DNA from: Phaeosaccion multiseriatum
Taxonomy: Eukaryota; Protista; Ochrophyta, other classes
NCBI GenBank assembly: GCA_965112735.1
Contig: OZ218952.1
Location: 5,208,001-5,272,000 of the forward strand
Length of the DNA: 64,000 bases
Direction: 5' to 3'
A model generated the notes under the pieces. It was not told the origin of the DNA, searched no databases, and saw only the letters and a list, made by a program, of their open reading frames with translations. Both the position numbers and the translations under genes were made by a program. Shown here one piece after another: positions 62,704-64,000 of this stretch (positions are counted from its first letter, which is position 1; each line of letters opens with the position of its first letter).

Positions 62704-64000
62704 ACACACACAGGTGTGGGAGCGCTACCACTTCCAAGACATTCTCGACATGAAGACGTACAGCAAGTCAGGCATACTCCTGCAGGTGGTGAACCCCTCC
62801 CGCAGAGGGCTTGAGGATCTGGAGGTGATATTCGACTTCCACGACAAGAAGCTGAGGACTGAAACCTTCAAGGCGGCGCGCAAGCTGTGGAGGAGGGTGG
62901 GGCGCAACATGGACTTGATTCAGAGGGCCCGCGTACGTAAGTGCTTGTGTTGGTGTTGGTGTTGGTGTTGGTGTGGTGTGGTGGTGGTGCGCAGGGGAGG
63001 GGTGTATCGAATGTGGGGTGGGGGGGGGGTTGTCTCTTAAAGGCCTGAGCCTAAAACTCCGCTCACTCCCCCTCCCTCCCCGCCCCCTCCGTCCCTCCGT
63101 CCCTCCCTCCGTCCCTCCCTCCCTCCCCAGGTAAGCTCAAGAAGCTGCAGCGCTCTGGCCTGGCCAGCAGAGCCGACCTTGAGGAGCCCGACCTTGTGGA
63201 AGCCTTCAACAAGGCACGACGGTTCGAGACCAAGGAGCGGCTGGAGAACCACCTGATCACCTACAAGGATTGGGAAAAGGTCATGGGGGGAGTTTCGATC
63301 AGGGTGCTGCAGCAGGGAGAGGCGCTCCTCACCACTGGCGACGACTTCACCAAGGTAGAGTGGGAAAAGGGGGGGCCACTGGAAGGGAGGTCAGAGAGAC
63401 AAGAAAGAGAGAGAGAAAAGAATTGTCGGCGAACAGTCTTTGCTCTGAGCGGCGGGCAACAGACTTGAGGAGCAATGGCCTCCCTCCCTCAGTAGTGAGA
63501 TGGTGACACGTCGGCCCTTATTAGTGAGACAGTGACATCGCCTGTTGGAGCTGCCCCCCACTCGGCTGCAGCAGTGTCAGCAGTGTCTGTCTGTAGCCGG
63601 GGATTGGCGCCAACTGGGGATCGGCATCTTCCTTGGAGAGAGGCGCAGGACAGTGAGGGCGAGTTTGTGACTCTTGACACCTCTTGACACGTCCTCTGTC
63701 CATCCACTGCCATATGTACACCCCTGCCTGTCTGGCTGTCCACTGCCATCCCCTGCCCTACACTCATCCCTGCCTGCCTGGCCATCGGCTGCCATCCATC
63801 CATTCATCCATCCATCCCTGCCTGCACATCCACTGCCATCCCGCTCCTCAGATCTTCCACGTGGCGCAGGGCATGGTGGAGGTGGCGGAGGCTCTGGACA
63901 CGGGGGACACCACAGACGCGGGCAGCGCTGCCACCGGTAAGTCAATGGGAGAGAGAGAGAGAGGGAGGGAGGGAGCCATCCATAAGTCGGTGATGAGCGG
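59727..64000 (+). CDS. Membrane protein with SCAMP-like 4-TM region followed by a soluble (PH/GRAM-like?) region and a cyclic-nucleotide-binding domain; start uncertain, 3' end beyond window
   Basis: NWPAKCPFLH...YYFWYFL...HFRLIYNGMR plus four hydrophobic segments is SCAMP-like. DWEKVM..SIRVLQQGEALLTTGD..K-IFHVAQGMVEV matches the start of a cNMP-binding beta-roll. GT-AG exon phases are consistent. Confidence 0.6.

Overview
This is eukaryotic, GC-rich genomic DNA with many microsatellite-laden introns. It is probably from an ochrophyte/stramenopile alga, an inference from protein style and intron architecture. The window has three parts. (1) 1-4.6 kb: the 3' half of an intact ASCC3/Slh1 helicase gene. 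(2) About 5-36 kb: an unstable accessory block. It holds an ~18 kb minus-strand micro-exon gene for a modular Cys-rich surface protein (two F-type-lectin-like domains, three tandem super-modules of symmetric Cys micro-exons and thrombospondin type-3 exons, and a C-terminal GDP/VWD-Root-cap-like domain). It also holds a 3.74 kb CACTA/CMC-like element with atypical CATCTG termini and a 3-bp TSD, a perfectly palindromic 92-bp TGT...ACA mini-element nested in it, a truncated frameshifted XPD/ERCC2 copy, and a 1.4 kb (TGAGGG)n telomere-like array. (3) 37-64 kb: dense housekeeping genes (ANCHR-like B-box protein, WDR47, RPA12, UFD1-UBX, CTR9, and a SCAMP-like/cNMP-binding protein). Three observations stand out. 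The duplicated micro-exons are more diverged than their introns. A recurrent NNG-C-NNG 4-nt insertion signature fits hairpin-type transposon excision footprints. An intronic GATGGCAGTGGA/TCCACTGCCATC motif has an orientation that tracks 5' versus 3' intron position. All exon coordinates and alignments were read by eye and should be confirmed computationally.
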